Source: Deltaproteobacteria bacterium YD0425bin51
GTDB lineage: Bacteria > Desulfobacterota > Desulfobacteria > Desulfobacterales > YD0425bin51
Assembly: GCA_002753225.1 (NCBI GenBank)
Contig: PDZS01000013.1
Location: forward strand, 20,167 to 84,166
Reading direction: 5' to 3'
DNA: 64,000 nt
A program made the translations under genes and the position numbers. This document shows, one piece after another, positions 1 through 7,145 of this stretch (its first letter is position 1; every line of letters begins with the position of its first letter). The notes beneath the pieces were generated by a model. It ran no database searches and was not told the DNA's origin. It was given only the letters and a program-made list of their open reading frames with translations.

Positions 1-879
1 ACATTAGAACGTTTTAAGGAAATTAAAAGTTTAGTAGATCTTAATTCATGGTTAGAAGAGTCTAATAATCATTGGAGAAGCGATTTAGGCTTTTTTATTA
101 GATTTTCTAGAGCAATGGGGCTTGATAAAATAGGTCATGGACATAACTCATTTATTAATTATGGCGCTCTTGACAATTTCATTCCTGCTGGATTTTTACA
201 AAATATGGAAATCCAAGAATTTTCTGAAAGCAAAATAAATGAGCATGTCGCATATTCATGGTATATGGACTATGAAGGAGGTAAGCACCCCTTTGATGGT
301 GAAACACGACCATACGCTTCGGGAAATGAAAGCCAAAAGTATTCATGGGCTAAAGCTCCCAGATATGATGGATTTCCTGCTGAAACTGGTCCTCTTGGCG
401 AAATGGTTATAAAAAAGCATCCTTTAATTACTGATATCATAAATTCTAAAGGGATAAGCGTTTTTGTAAGAGAATTGGCACGCTTAATAAGGACAGTAGA
501 GCTTATACCTTTAATGGATTCATTATTATTAGAAATTTTAGATAATGGAAGCTTTTATAATCCTTTAAACGAAATAATAGAAGGGAAAGGATGCGGACTT
601 ACTCATGCATCAAGAGGCGCTTTAGGTCATTGGGTAAAGATTAAAGAAGGTAAAATAGAAAGCTATCAGATAATTACTCCAACAGCATGGAATGCTTCTC
701 CTCGTGATTCTAATGGAATAAGAGGTCCAATTGAAGAGGCGCTTATTGGCACTCCTGTTCAAGATATTAATAATCCTATTGCGCTAGGCCATGTTGTAAG
801 GTCTTTTGATGTTTGTCTAGTATGTACAGTTCATTCAATTTATCGCGGAAAAATTGTGAGCAAAAGCATTATAGGGTGA
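1..879 (+). CDS. [NiFe]-hydrogenase large subunit, C-terminal ~290 aa (5' end outside window)
   Basis: Frame 1 is open from nt 1, with no stop before the Met at 115. The translation has PRYDG..ETGPLGE and GLTHASRGALGHWVKIKEGKIESYQIITPTAWNASPRD. It ends in the C-terminal metal-binding motif DVCLVCTVH, followed by a 14-aa tail (SIYRGKIVSKSIIG) of the kind removed by a maturation endopeptidase. Cys is used here, not a TGA codon, so this is NiFe rather than NiFeSe. Confidence 0.85.
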   Translation, partial: TLERFKEIKSLVDLNSWLEESNNHWRSDLGFFIRFSRAMGLDKIGHGHNSFINYGALDNFIPAGFLQNMEIQEFSESKINEHVAYSWYMDYEGGKHPFDGETRPYASGNESQKYSWAKAPRYDGFPAETGPLGEMVIKKHPLITDIINSKGISVFVRELARLIRTVELIPLMDSLLLEILDNGSFYNPLNEIIEGKGCGLTHASRGALGHWVKIKEGKIESYQIITPTAWNASPRDSNGIRGPIEEALIGTPVQDINNPIALGHVVRSFDVCLVCTVHSIYRGKIVSKSIIG

Positions 880-883
880 AATT

Positions 884-1750
884 ATGAAATCTATAATTAT
901 TTCTATTTTTTTAGTTATTATTATGATTTCTAGTAGTTATGCCATGCATGCAACAATAACAGAAGCAGAAGGTTATGCATGCATGGGAGAAGATAAATCA
1001 AGGAAGCAGACAGAACAAGCTGCAATGATCGATGCAAAGAGAAAAGCTGGAGAGTTTGCGCTGGCATACATAGAAAGTGAAACAAAAGTAAAGGATTTTA
1101 TACTTGAAAAAGATATTATTTCAGCATACACAAATTCGACTGTAAGAGTAATTCAAGAGATATCAAGCGCATGGTATAAAGACTCTTCAGTAGGAGAGTG
1201 CTATAAAGTAAAGATAAAAGCAGAGGTAACACCTAATGAAAAAGCAATAGAAAAGGTTACAAATTCTAGTGCAAATGATCCATCTGCTCCCCTTAATGTA
1301 AAAATATATACAGATAAAAAAGAATACAAAGATGGCGATAAAATTAAAATCTATATAAGAAGCAATAAGCCATTTTATATGAGACTAATTTATAAAGATG
1401 CTGCAAATAATATGATTCAATTGCTTCCAAATCCATATAGAACTGATAATTATTTCAATGGAGGGATTACATATGAGTTCCCTTCAGGCAATGATAAGTT
1501 TGAGCTTGAGGTTTCTAAACCTTTTGGAGAAGAGAATCTAATTGTTTATGCAAGCACTTCGCAGCTTGGAGATATAAGCCTTGAAACTTATGGAGATGTA
1601 TATCAGATAAAAACAAAAAAAGAACAAGTTGAAACAAAGACCAGAGGTGTTAAATTAACAGCGAAAAGTGTTAGTAAAAGCGGGAGTATTAGTTCAGAAA
1701 AAGGTGCAGAATTTTTTGAAGATAAAGCAATTATAAAGACCGGAAAGTAG
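884..1750 (+). CDS. Secreted protein with DUF4384-like C-terminal domain
   Basis: Hydrophobic N-terminal signal (MKSIIISIFLVIIMISSSYA). The C-terminal half (YTDKKEYKDGDKIKIYIRSNKPFYMRLIYKDAANNMIQLLPN) looks like the DUF4384 family, recalled from memory. The gene starts 5 nt after the hydrogenase stop. Its TAG stop lies inside the REP palindrome. Confidence 0.6.
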   Translation: MKSIIISIFLVIIMISSSYAMHATITEAEGYACMGEDKSRKQTEQAAMIDAKRKAGEFALAYIESETKVKDFILEKDIISAYTNSTVRVIQEISSAWYKDSSVGECYKVKIKAEVTPNEKAIEKVTNSSANDPSAPLNVKIYTDKKEYKDGDKIKIYIRSNKPFYMRLIYKDAANNMIQLLPNPYRTDNYFNGGITYEFPSGNDKFELEVSKPFGEENLIVYASTSQLGDISLETYGDVYQIKTKKEQVETKTRGVKLTAKSVSKSGSISSEKGAEFFEDKAIIKTGK

Positions 1751-1774
1751 AGACGCACGGCCGTGCGTCTCTAC
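1747..1774. repeat. REP-type 28-nt perfect palindrome, copy 1
   Basis: GTAGAGACGCACGGCCGTGCGTCTCTAC. The sequence equals its own reverse complement (14-bp stem potential). It overlaps the stop codon of the upstream ORF. Confidence 0.95.
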
Positions 1775-1791
1775 AATAATTGAGTGGTGTA

Positions 1792-2358
1792 ATGGAAAAA
1801 TTTCAAAATAAATATCGCATACCTTCGGCACGGGCAAAATGGTGCAATTATTCAGGAAAAGGTGCTTATTTCATTACCATTTGTACGGCAGGTACCGAAC
1901 ATTTATTTGGCGAAATAATAAACAATGAAATGGTTTTATCCAAAATGGGTATTATTATTCAGCAGGAATGGAACAAATCTTTTGAAATACGCGCCGAATT
2001 ATTTTGTGATATATTTGTCATCATGCCAAACCATATTCACGCCATTTTACGAATTTGCGTAGAGACGCACGGCTGTACGTCTCTACGCGGCTGTGTGTCT
2101 CTACCGATACGAGCACAAAACCATGGGATTGCATTTCGAGAACCAAAATCTATATCGTCGTTTATTGGAGGATTTAAATCAGCGGCAACAAAACGTATCA
2201 ACGAATTCCGTAATACCCCTAAAATACAGGTTTGGCAAACACGTTTCCACGACCACATTATCCGCGATGATGATGAATACCAATACATTAAAAAATATAT
2301 ATTAGAAAACCCAATGAATTGGGAACAGGATAAATTTTTTAAAAAGGACAACCAATGA
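1792..2358 (+). CDS. REP-associated tyrosine transposase (RAYT; IS200/IS605 TnpA-like Y1 HUH enzyme)
   Basis: N-terminal KYRIPSARAKWCNYSGKGAYFITICT, HUH motif in MPNHIHAIL, and C-terminal WQTRFHDHIIRDDDEYQYIKKYILENPMNW are typical of Y1_Tnp/RAYT proteins. I prefer the ATG at 1792 over the TTG at 1780 given in the track. Confidence 0.85.
   Translation: MEKFQNKYRIPSARAKWCNYSGKGAYFITICTAGTEHLFGEIINNEMVLSKMGIIIQQEWNKSFEIRAELFCDIFVIMPNHIHAILRICVETHGCTSLRGCVSLPIRAQNHGIAFREPKSISSFIGGFKSAATKRINEFRNTPKIQVWQTRFHDHIIRDDDEYQYIKKYILENPMNWEQDKFFKKDNQ
2059..2104. repeat. Degenerate REP copy plus extra right arm, inside the RAYT coding sequence
   Basis: GTAGAGACGCACGGCTGTACGTCTCTAC (2059-2086, two changes from the consensus) is followed by GCGGCTGTGTGTCTCTAC (2087-2104), a second right-arm-like half. 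In the RAYT frame it encodes VETHGCTSLRGCVSLP, directly after the HUH motif. Confidence 0.85.
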
Positions 2359-2441
2359 GCGGCATTGGTAAAAATAAAGGTAGAAAGTCGAAAAGCAAAA
2401 AACAGTTATTGAGGAAATAAGACCAAGATGCTATTTTTAAC

Positions 2442-2469
2442 GTAGAGACGCACGGCTGTGCGTCTCTAC
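2442..2469. repeat. REP palindrome, copy 3 (loop variant GGCTGTG)
   Basis: GTAGAGACGCACGGCTGTGCGTCTCTAC. It is preceded by TTTTAAC, the same 5' flank as the copy at 3401. Confidence 0.95.
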
Positions 2470-2622
2470 ACTCAAATGATTAACATGATTTTTCAATAGG
2501 CTATCCATGCCAATCAATCAGATATATGCGACATGCCCAAAAAAGTTAATTAGAAGTGAAGATGCAAAGCTAACGATAAATTATGAACTACTTGATAAAA
2601 ATTAAGGATAAAGGATATATAA

Positions 2623-2829
2623 ATGACTATAGTTGAAATAAAAAAAATGAGCACAGTTGAGCTTTTTCAAACAATGGAGGCTATATGGGATTCTCTTTTA
2701 CATAATGAAGTTGAAATTGAATCTCCAGAATGGCATCAAGATATTCTTGCAGAAAGAAAAAAAAAAATAGAAAAGGGTAAAGGAGAATTTATTTCAATTC
2801 AAACGCTAAAGGCGGCTCATGAAAATTAA
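2623..2829 (+). CDS. Putative addiction-module antitoxin component
   Basis: 68-aa protein (MSTVELFQTMEAIWDSL...SPEWHQDILAERKKKIEKGKGEFISIQTLK) resembling the 'putative addiction module component' antitoxins. It overlaps the next ORF by 11 nt. Confidence 0.65.
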   Translation: MTIVEIKKMSTVELFQTMEAIWDSLLHNEVEIESPEWHQDILAERKKKIEKGKGEFISIQTLKAAHEN

Positions 2830-3127
2830 AAATGTCTTTATTCTAAAAGACGCTGTAAACGACCTTAAGGATGGAGAATTTTTCTATGAACAAAATGAAG
2901 TTGGCGTTGGTAAATATTTTTGGGATAGTTTAATAGCAGATATAGAGTCTTTAGTTATCTATGCTGGGATTCATAATAAAAATTATAGTTTTTATCGAAT
3001 GTTTGCCAAACGATTTCCCTATGCTATTTACTATGAGATTAAAGATAAAATAGCTTATGTTATCGCTGTATTACCAATGCGGAGAGCTCCTATATGGATT
3101 AGAAGAAAATTGAAAGAAAGAAGCTAA
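2819..3127 (+). CDS. ParE/RelE-family type II toxin
   Basis: 102 aa. The pattern (..RFPYAIYYEIKDKIAYVIAVLPMRRAP) is typical of plasmid-stabilisation ParE/RelE toxins. It is translationally coupled to the upstream small ORF. Confidence 0.65.
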   Translation: MKIKNVFILKDAVNDLKDGEFFYEQNEVGVGKYFWDSLIADIESLVIYAGIHNKNYSFYRMFAKRFPYAIYYEIKDKIAYVIAVLPMRRAPIWIRRKLKERS

Positions 3128-3201
3128 CCATTTTTTTATGCGTGAAATATTAGTTTAAAAGCTGTGGCAGCATTTATAAACAATTTACTAATAACTTCGT
3201 C

Positions 3202-3229
3202 GTAGAGACGCACGGCCGTGCGTCTCTAC
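3202..3229. repeat. REP palindrome, copy 4
   Basis: Exact consensus 28-mer, followed by AGAGTGTT. Confidence 0.95.
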
Positions 3230-3400
3230 AGAGTGTTAGGCACAATGAAGTTATGGAGTGTATAGCTAACCTAAATCATTCGTAATCTCTGATAGATTGT
3301 AAATTTACCAATGTTTACGGTCATGATAGCTAAATTATAACTTCTTCTGAGATTACAACTCATATAGGCTTGCTATAATGCAATGAGTGGCAGTTTTAAC

Positions 3401-3428
3401 GTAGAGACGCACGGCCGTGCGTCTCTAC
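3401..3428. repeat. REP palindrome, copy 5
   Basis: Exact consensus 28-mer, preceded by TTTTAAC and followed by AGAGTGTT. This is the same 3' flank as copy 4, which lies 199 nt upstream. Confidence 0.95.
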
Positions 3429-3461
3429 AGAGTGTTTCAACATTGGATAACAGGATAATTT

Positions 3462-5294
3462 ATGCGTAAATTTTCTATTATTTTTTTATCTTTATTAGTT
3501 TATATTTTAGGGTTTTCACATTATGCCATATCAGCAGAAAAGGTTGCTTTAGTTATTGGCAACAGCAATTACAAAAATAAGGATTTATCTTTAAAAAATC
3601 CAGGAAATGATGCTGACGACATGACTAAAGTTTTAAAGTCCATTGGATTTGATGTTATTAAATTAAAAGATGGAACTTTGCAGCAAATGGAGGAAAGCGT
3701 TGATTCTTTTGCTTCAAAACTGAATGGAGCAAAGATAGGAATTTTTTATTATTCAGGTCATGGCGTGCAGGTTAAGGGGAGTAATTATCTTATCCCAATT
3801 GAAGCTAATTTGAAAAGTGAAAGCGATTCAAAATATAAATCGCTAGATGTTGGACTTGTTTTAGGAAGAATGGAAGACGCAGGTATTGGTGGGAATAAAG
3901 TAAACATAGTTATTTTAGATGCATGCAGGAATAATCCTTTTAAGGGTTTTAGGTCAATGTCAAGAGGACTAGCTTCTATGGATGCTCCAAAAGGAACAAT
4001 TATAGCATTTGCTACATCGCCGGCAAAAACTGCTGAAGACGGCAACGGGCGAAACGGAACTTATACCAAGCATCTTCTTCGCAATTTAGGCAATCCTAAA
4101 TTTCATGTAAATGAGGTTTTCAGACAAACAGGTTTAAGAGTGATGGAAGATACAAAAGAAGAGCAGACTCCATGGACATCTTCTACCCCTATTAAAGATA
4201 TATATCTGGCAAGCGGAAGCGTTGTGGTTGAAACGCCAAGTCAAGTTTCTACAACAATGGAGGCAATGCCTGATACAGGTTCTCTTATTGTAAAGACAGT
4301 TCCATTAAATGCTGATATTTATATAAATGGTACCAAAGTTGGAACAGATAATGTTCTTATAGAGAATCTGCCTGTTGGAAATATGCGGGTTATGGCTGTA
4401 AAAGACGGTTTTAAACAACTTGAAAAAGGTATTGTCATAAATAAAGGAAAAGAGACTAAGCTTACTCTGATTTTAGACAAAATTGAACCTGTAGCTACAA
4501 AAACGATTGATCGTGTGACCACAACAGCTGCTACAACAACCGTAGAACAGCAGACAATAACAGTTGCCTCATCCTCAAAGAGCATTAAAAACAGCATAGG
4601 TATGGAATTTGTGCAAATACCCGCAGGTTCATTTATGATGGGCAGTCCAGAAAGTGAACCTGGTCGAGATAGCGATGAAACTTTACATAAGGTGACATTG
4701 ACTAAAGGTTTTTATATGCAGATTACAGAAGTAACACAAGGACAATGGAAGGCAATAATGGGTAATAATCCATCTCACTTTAAGAATTGTGGAAATGAAT
4801 GTCCTGTAGAGAAAGTTTCTTGGCATGATGTTCAGAATTTTATCGAGAAATTAAATCAAAAAGAAGGAATTAGCAAATATAGGCTGCCTACAGAGGCAGA
4901 ATGGGAATACGCTTCAAGAGCAGGGAGCGAGAGTGCTTTCGCTAACGGCAGTATTACACAAACTGCTTGTGAACATGATCCAAATTTGGATAAAATGGGA
5001 TGGTATTGTGGAAACGCTGATAGTAAGACTCATTCTGTAGCCCAAAAAGAGTCAAATAATTGGGGATTATATGATATGCACGGCAATGTATGGGAGTGGT
5101 GTCAGGATTGGAAAGATTCTTATCCTTCTGGATATATTACTGATCCTACTGGCCCATCAAGAGGCGAGGACCGTGTGTACCGTGGCGGAAGCCGGGGCGA
5201 CTTTGCGAGGGGCTGCCGCTCTGCGTACCGGGAGAGTGGCACACCTGATGGCGGGTACGAATACGTTGGCTTTCGCCTCCTCAGGACCTTTTGA
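3462..5294 (+). CDS. Secreted caspase-like (peptidase C14) - PEGA - FGE/sulfatase-modifying-factor-domain protein
   Basis: Signal peptide, then a caspase fold with the His/Cys dyad (YYSGHGVQ ... ILDACRNNPF). A PEGA-like beta domain follows (GSLIVKTVPLNADIYINGTKVG...MRVMAVKDGF), then a Thr-rich linker. The C-terminus is an FGE-sulfatase domain (MEFVQIPAGSFMMGS..., WEWCQDW, RVYRGGS, GFRLLR). Confidence 0.85.
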   Translation: MRKFSIIFLSLLVYILGFSHYAISAEKVALVIGNSNYKNKDLSLKNPGNDADDMTKVLKSIGFDVIKLKDGTLQQMEESVDSFASKLNGAKIGIFYYSGHGVQVKGSNYLIPIEANLKSESDSKYKSLDVGLVLGRMEDAGIGGNKVNIVILDACRNNPFKGFRSMSRGLASMDAPKGTIIAFATSPAKTAEDGNGRNGTYTKHLLRNLGNPKFHVNEVFRQTGLRVMEDTKEEQTPWTSSTPIKDIYLASGSVVVETPSQVSTTMEAMPDTGSLIVKTVPLNADIYINGTKVGTDNVLIENLPVGNMRVMAVKDGFKQLEKGIVINKGKETKLTLILDKIEPVATKTIDRVTTTAATTTVEQQTITVASSSKSIKNSIGMEFVQIPAGSFMMGSPESEPGRDSDETLHKVTLTKGFYMQITEVTQGQWKAIMGNNPSHFKNCGNECPVEKVSWHDVQNFIEKLNQKEGISKYRLPTEAEWEYASRAGSESAFANGSITQTACEHDPNLDKMGWYCGNADSKTHSVAQKESNNWGLYDMHGNVWEWCQDWKDSYPSGYITDPTGPSRGEDRVYRGGSRGDFARGCRSAYRESGTPDGGYEYVGFRLLRTF

Positions 5295-5342
5295 GGTGGC
5301 TTGATGCTGGATGTTTACCTTTTATTGTTTTACATTTTTATA

Positions 5343-5449
5343 TTATCTGAACACGATTTATAGGATTAAAGGATGTACAGGATTCAACGCATTGACTTTA
5401 CATTTAAAATCGTGGCAATCCTTTAATCTTGAAAATCGTGTTCAGATAA
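5343..5449. repeat. 107-nt imperfect inverted-repeat element (MITE-like or structured leader)
   Basis: Left arm TTATCTGAACACGATTT (5343-5359) pairs with AAATCGTGTTCAGATAA (5433-5449). The inner arms GGATTAAAGGA and TCCTTTAATC also pair. The element lies just upstream of the OmpA-like start codon. Confidence 0.6.
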
Positions 5450-5460
5450 CAGTGGGAAGG

Positions 5461-5958
5461 ATGCAAATGTTAAATATAAATGCTATTATTATCAGCATAG
5501 CTTTTATAAGTTTAATAATTAATTCAGCGATAGCTGAAGAGATAGTTTTCCCAAAAACAGAGCAAGAAATTGTGCGAGCTTTAAGTTTAAAGAGAGGTCT
5601 TGGAAAAAGCGTTAAAATTAGACCTAAAGCCTGTGCTAAGGTTCAATTTGATTATAATTCCTATGAGATAAAGAAAGAATCTTATCCGCTTTTAGATGAA
5701 TTTGGCAAGGCTCTCAAAGGAGGGTTAGATGGAATTAATATTACAATTATTGGTCATACGGATGATAAAGGAGATGGGAAATATAATATGGATTTATCTC
5801 TTAAAAGAGCGAGTGCCGTTAAAAGATATTTAGTCGAAAAACAAGGAATATCATCTGAAAGATTAAAAATAAAAGGGAAGGGGGAGGAAGAACCTATTGC
5901 CCCAAATGATAATAAAGAAGGCTCTGCAAAAAATCGCCGAGTAGAGTTCGTAAGGTAG
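5461..5958 (+). CDS. OmpA-family (peptidoglycan-associating) protein
   Basis: The start is moved to ATG 5461, which gives a signal-like N-terminus (MQMLNINAIIISIAFISLIINSAIA). The C-terminal OmpA_C motifs are ITIIGHTDDKGDGKYNMDLSLKRASAVKRYL and NRRVEFV. The TAG stop lies in the REP palindrome. Confidence 0.8.
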   Translation: MQMLNINAIIISIAFISLIINSAIAEEIVFPKTEQEIVRALSLKRGLGKSVKIRPKACAKVQFDYNSYEIKKESYPLLDEFGKALKGGLDGINITIIGHTDDKGDGKYNMDLSLKRASAVKRYLVEKQGISSERLKIKGKGEEEPIAPNDNKEGSAKNRRVEFVR

Positions 5959-5982
5959 AGACGCACGGCCGTGCGTCTCTAC
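5955..5982. repeat. REP palindrome, copy 6
   Basis: Exact consensus 28-mer. Its nt 2-4 (TAG) form the stop codon of the OmpA-like gene. Confidence 0.95.
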
Positions 5983-6024
5983 AAACATTGATATCAATTA
6001 TTAATTGATATTTAAGGTGAAAAT

Positions 6025-6642
6025 ATGGAAGAAAGCCGTTTAGATAGAATTGAAAAAAATTTAGAATTATTTACGATAGAATTTAATAGGATGCACAAGC
6101 AAATTGCTAAAGAGATTTTAGATTTAAAAGAATCTCAAAAGAAAACAGATGAACAATTACAAAAGACAGATGAGCAATTACAAAAGACCATTAAAAAATT
6201 AGACAATATAGGAAAACAACTAGGAGATTTAGGTCTAGTACAAGGGGAAGTTGCCGAAGATTTATTTTATAGGAATGTGAAAAGTCTATTTAAAGAGGAG
6301 AAAATAACTTTTAAGAGTGTTGAAAGAAATCTAAAGAAGAAAGGTGTAGCTGAATACGATATCGTCGCAATAGATGGAGATAAGGTGTTAGTTATAGAGG
6401 TTAAAAATAAGCTAAATAAGAATATGGTTGATAATTTTATAAATAAAAAAATACCCATATTTAAAGATATATTTCCAAAGTATAGCAATTACAGGATATT
6501 AGGAGGAATGGGAGCATTAGTAATAAGAGATGAGATAGGAAGATATGCAGAAAAAGCAGGACTTTATGTTTTAACTCAGACAAGCGATGGGGGAGCTGCA
6601 TTATTAAATAAGAAGAATTTTAAAGCCAAAATATTTGGCTAA
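6025..6642 (+). CDS. Coiled-coil + PD-(D/E)XK-like nuclease-fold protein (DUF3782-like)
   Basis: The N-terminal coiled coil contains a tandem KTDEQLQ KTDEQLQ. The C-terminal part has a D...E.K pattern (EYDIVAIDGDKVLVIEVKNKL) reminiscent of restriction-endonuclease-fold proteins. This is a weak, motif-level call. Confidence 0.4.
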   Translation: MEESRLDRIEKNLELFTIEFNRMHKQIAKEILDLKESQKKTDEQLQKTDEQLQKTIKKLDNIGKQLGDLGLVQGEVAEDLFYRNVKSLFKEEKITFKSVERNLKKKGVAEYDIVAIDGDKVLVIEVKNKLNKNMVDNFINKKIPIFKDIFPKYSNYRILGGMGALVIRDEIGRYAEKAGLYVLTQTSDGGAALLNKKNFKAKIFG

Positions 6643-6646
6643 AGAG

Positions 6647-6674
6647 GTAGAGACGCAAAGCCGTGCGTCTCTAC
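6647..6674. repeat. REP palindrome, copy 7 (loop variant)
   Basis: GTAGAGACGCAAAGCCGTGCGTCTCTAC. The stems are intact and two central bases are changed. Confidence 0.9.
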
Positions 6675-6701
6675 AGGTCAGACAAGTATACTTTAAAAGA
6701 T

Positions 6702-7145
6702 ATGAAAAGAATTATCTGCATTGGCAACCGCTACATTCAAAGTGATTCTGCAGGTCCTTGTGTATATGATTATTTAAAAGAGCAAAACCTTTCACAAGAC
6801 ATAGAAGTTATTGATGGAGGATTACATGGGATAGATCTTCTTAGATTTATTGAGGGAGCTGAAAGAGTGGTTTTTGTCGATAGTATTTATGGATTTGGTA
6901 ACTCCAATAAAGTTGTTGTTATGGAAGCTAAAGATATTGTATCTGAATCTGTTAATAGATATGATCATTCGGCAGGACTTCTATATCTTCTTCAAATTTT
7001 ACCTCACATTTGTGAAGGAGATATTCCTTATATTTATTTGGTTGGAATCGAAGGTCTGCCAAATAATGATATAGTAAAAAAAGCTGCTTGTATAGCTGTT
7101 AAAATAGCCGATGGCGTTTGTGGAGATTTTTATCATGAAAAATAA
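6702..7145 (+). CDS. Hydrogenase maturation endopeptidase (HybD/HynC/HoxW family)
   Basis: [25 protein letters not shown]...[12 protein letters not shown]...VVFVDS...DHSAG fits the GN..xxDxG / vDa / H metal-ligand pattern of HycI-family proteases. The track start (GTG 6663) lies inside the REP copy, so I prefer ATG 6702. Confidence 0.8.
   Translation: MKRIICIGNRYIQSDSAGPCVYDYLKEQNLSQDIEVIDGGLHGIDLLRFIEGAERVVFVDSIYGFGNSNKVVVMEAKDIVSESVNRYDHSAGLLYLLQILPHICEGDIPYIYLVGIEGLPNNDIVKKAACIAVKIADGVCGDFYHEK

Larger units (their letters stand above)
1747..2469 (+). mobile_element. REP-RAYT-REP unit (tyrosine transposase gene bracketed by its putative cognate hairpins)
   Basis: An HUH/Y1 transposase-like ORF is flanked by the palindrome at 1747-1774 and 2442-2469. 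Five further copies lie within the next 4.2 kb. I saw none in the remaining ~57 kb. Confidence 0.75.

Noticed and set aside
1-879. Hydrogenase as a regulatory H2-sensing (HupUV/HoxBC-type) enzyme feeding the adjacent kinase
   Set aside because: The large subunit retains a 14-aa C-terminal extension after the DVCLVCTVH motif, and a maturation protease gene is present. Classical sensor hydrogenases lack both. The linkage to signalling genes is kept only as a speculative finding.
2037-2351. Antisense and alternate-frame ORFs inside the RAYT gene (2037-2351 minus, 2093-2305 plus)
   Set aside because: They are shadow ORFs of a well-supported coding frame. They have no motifs or RBS, and their composition is typical of wrong-frame translation.
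5311-5460. N-terminal 50 codons of track ORF 5311-5958
   Set aside because: This stretch reads straight through the 107-nt inverted-repeat element and has no signal-peptide character. ATG 5461 gives a proper signal-like N-terminus for an OmpA-family protein.
1747-6674. Could the seven 28-nt repeats be a CRISPR array?
   Set aside because: The repeats are perfect palindromes. They are separated by irregular distances (about 170 nt to 2.5 kb) that contain full-length protein-coding genes. No cas genes are present, and a RAYT transposase is. The REP/RAYT interpretation fits; a CRISPR array does not.
6663-6701. GTG start at 6663 for the hydrogenase protease ORF
   Set aside because: That start lies inside REP copy 7. 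The conserved protease N-terminus (MKRIICIGN) begins at ATG 6702.
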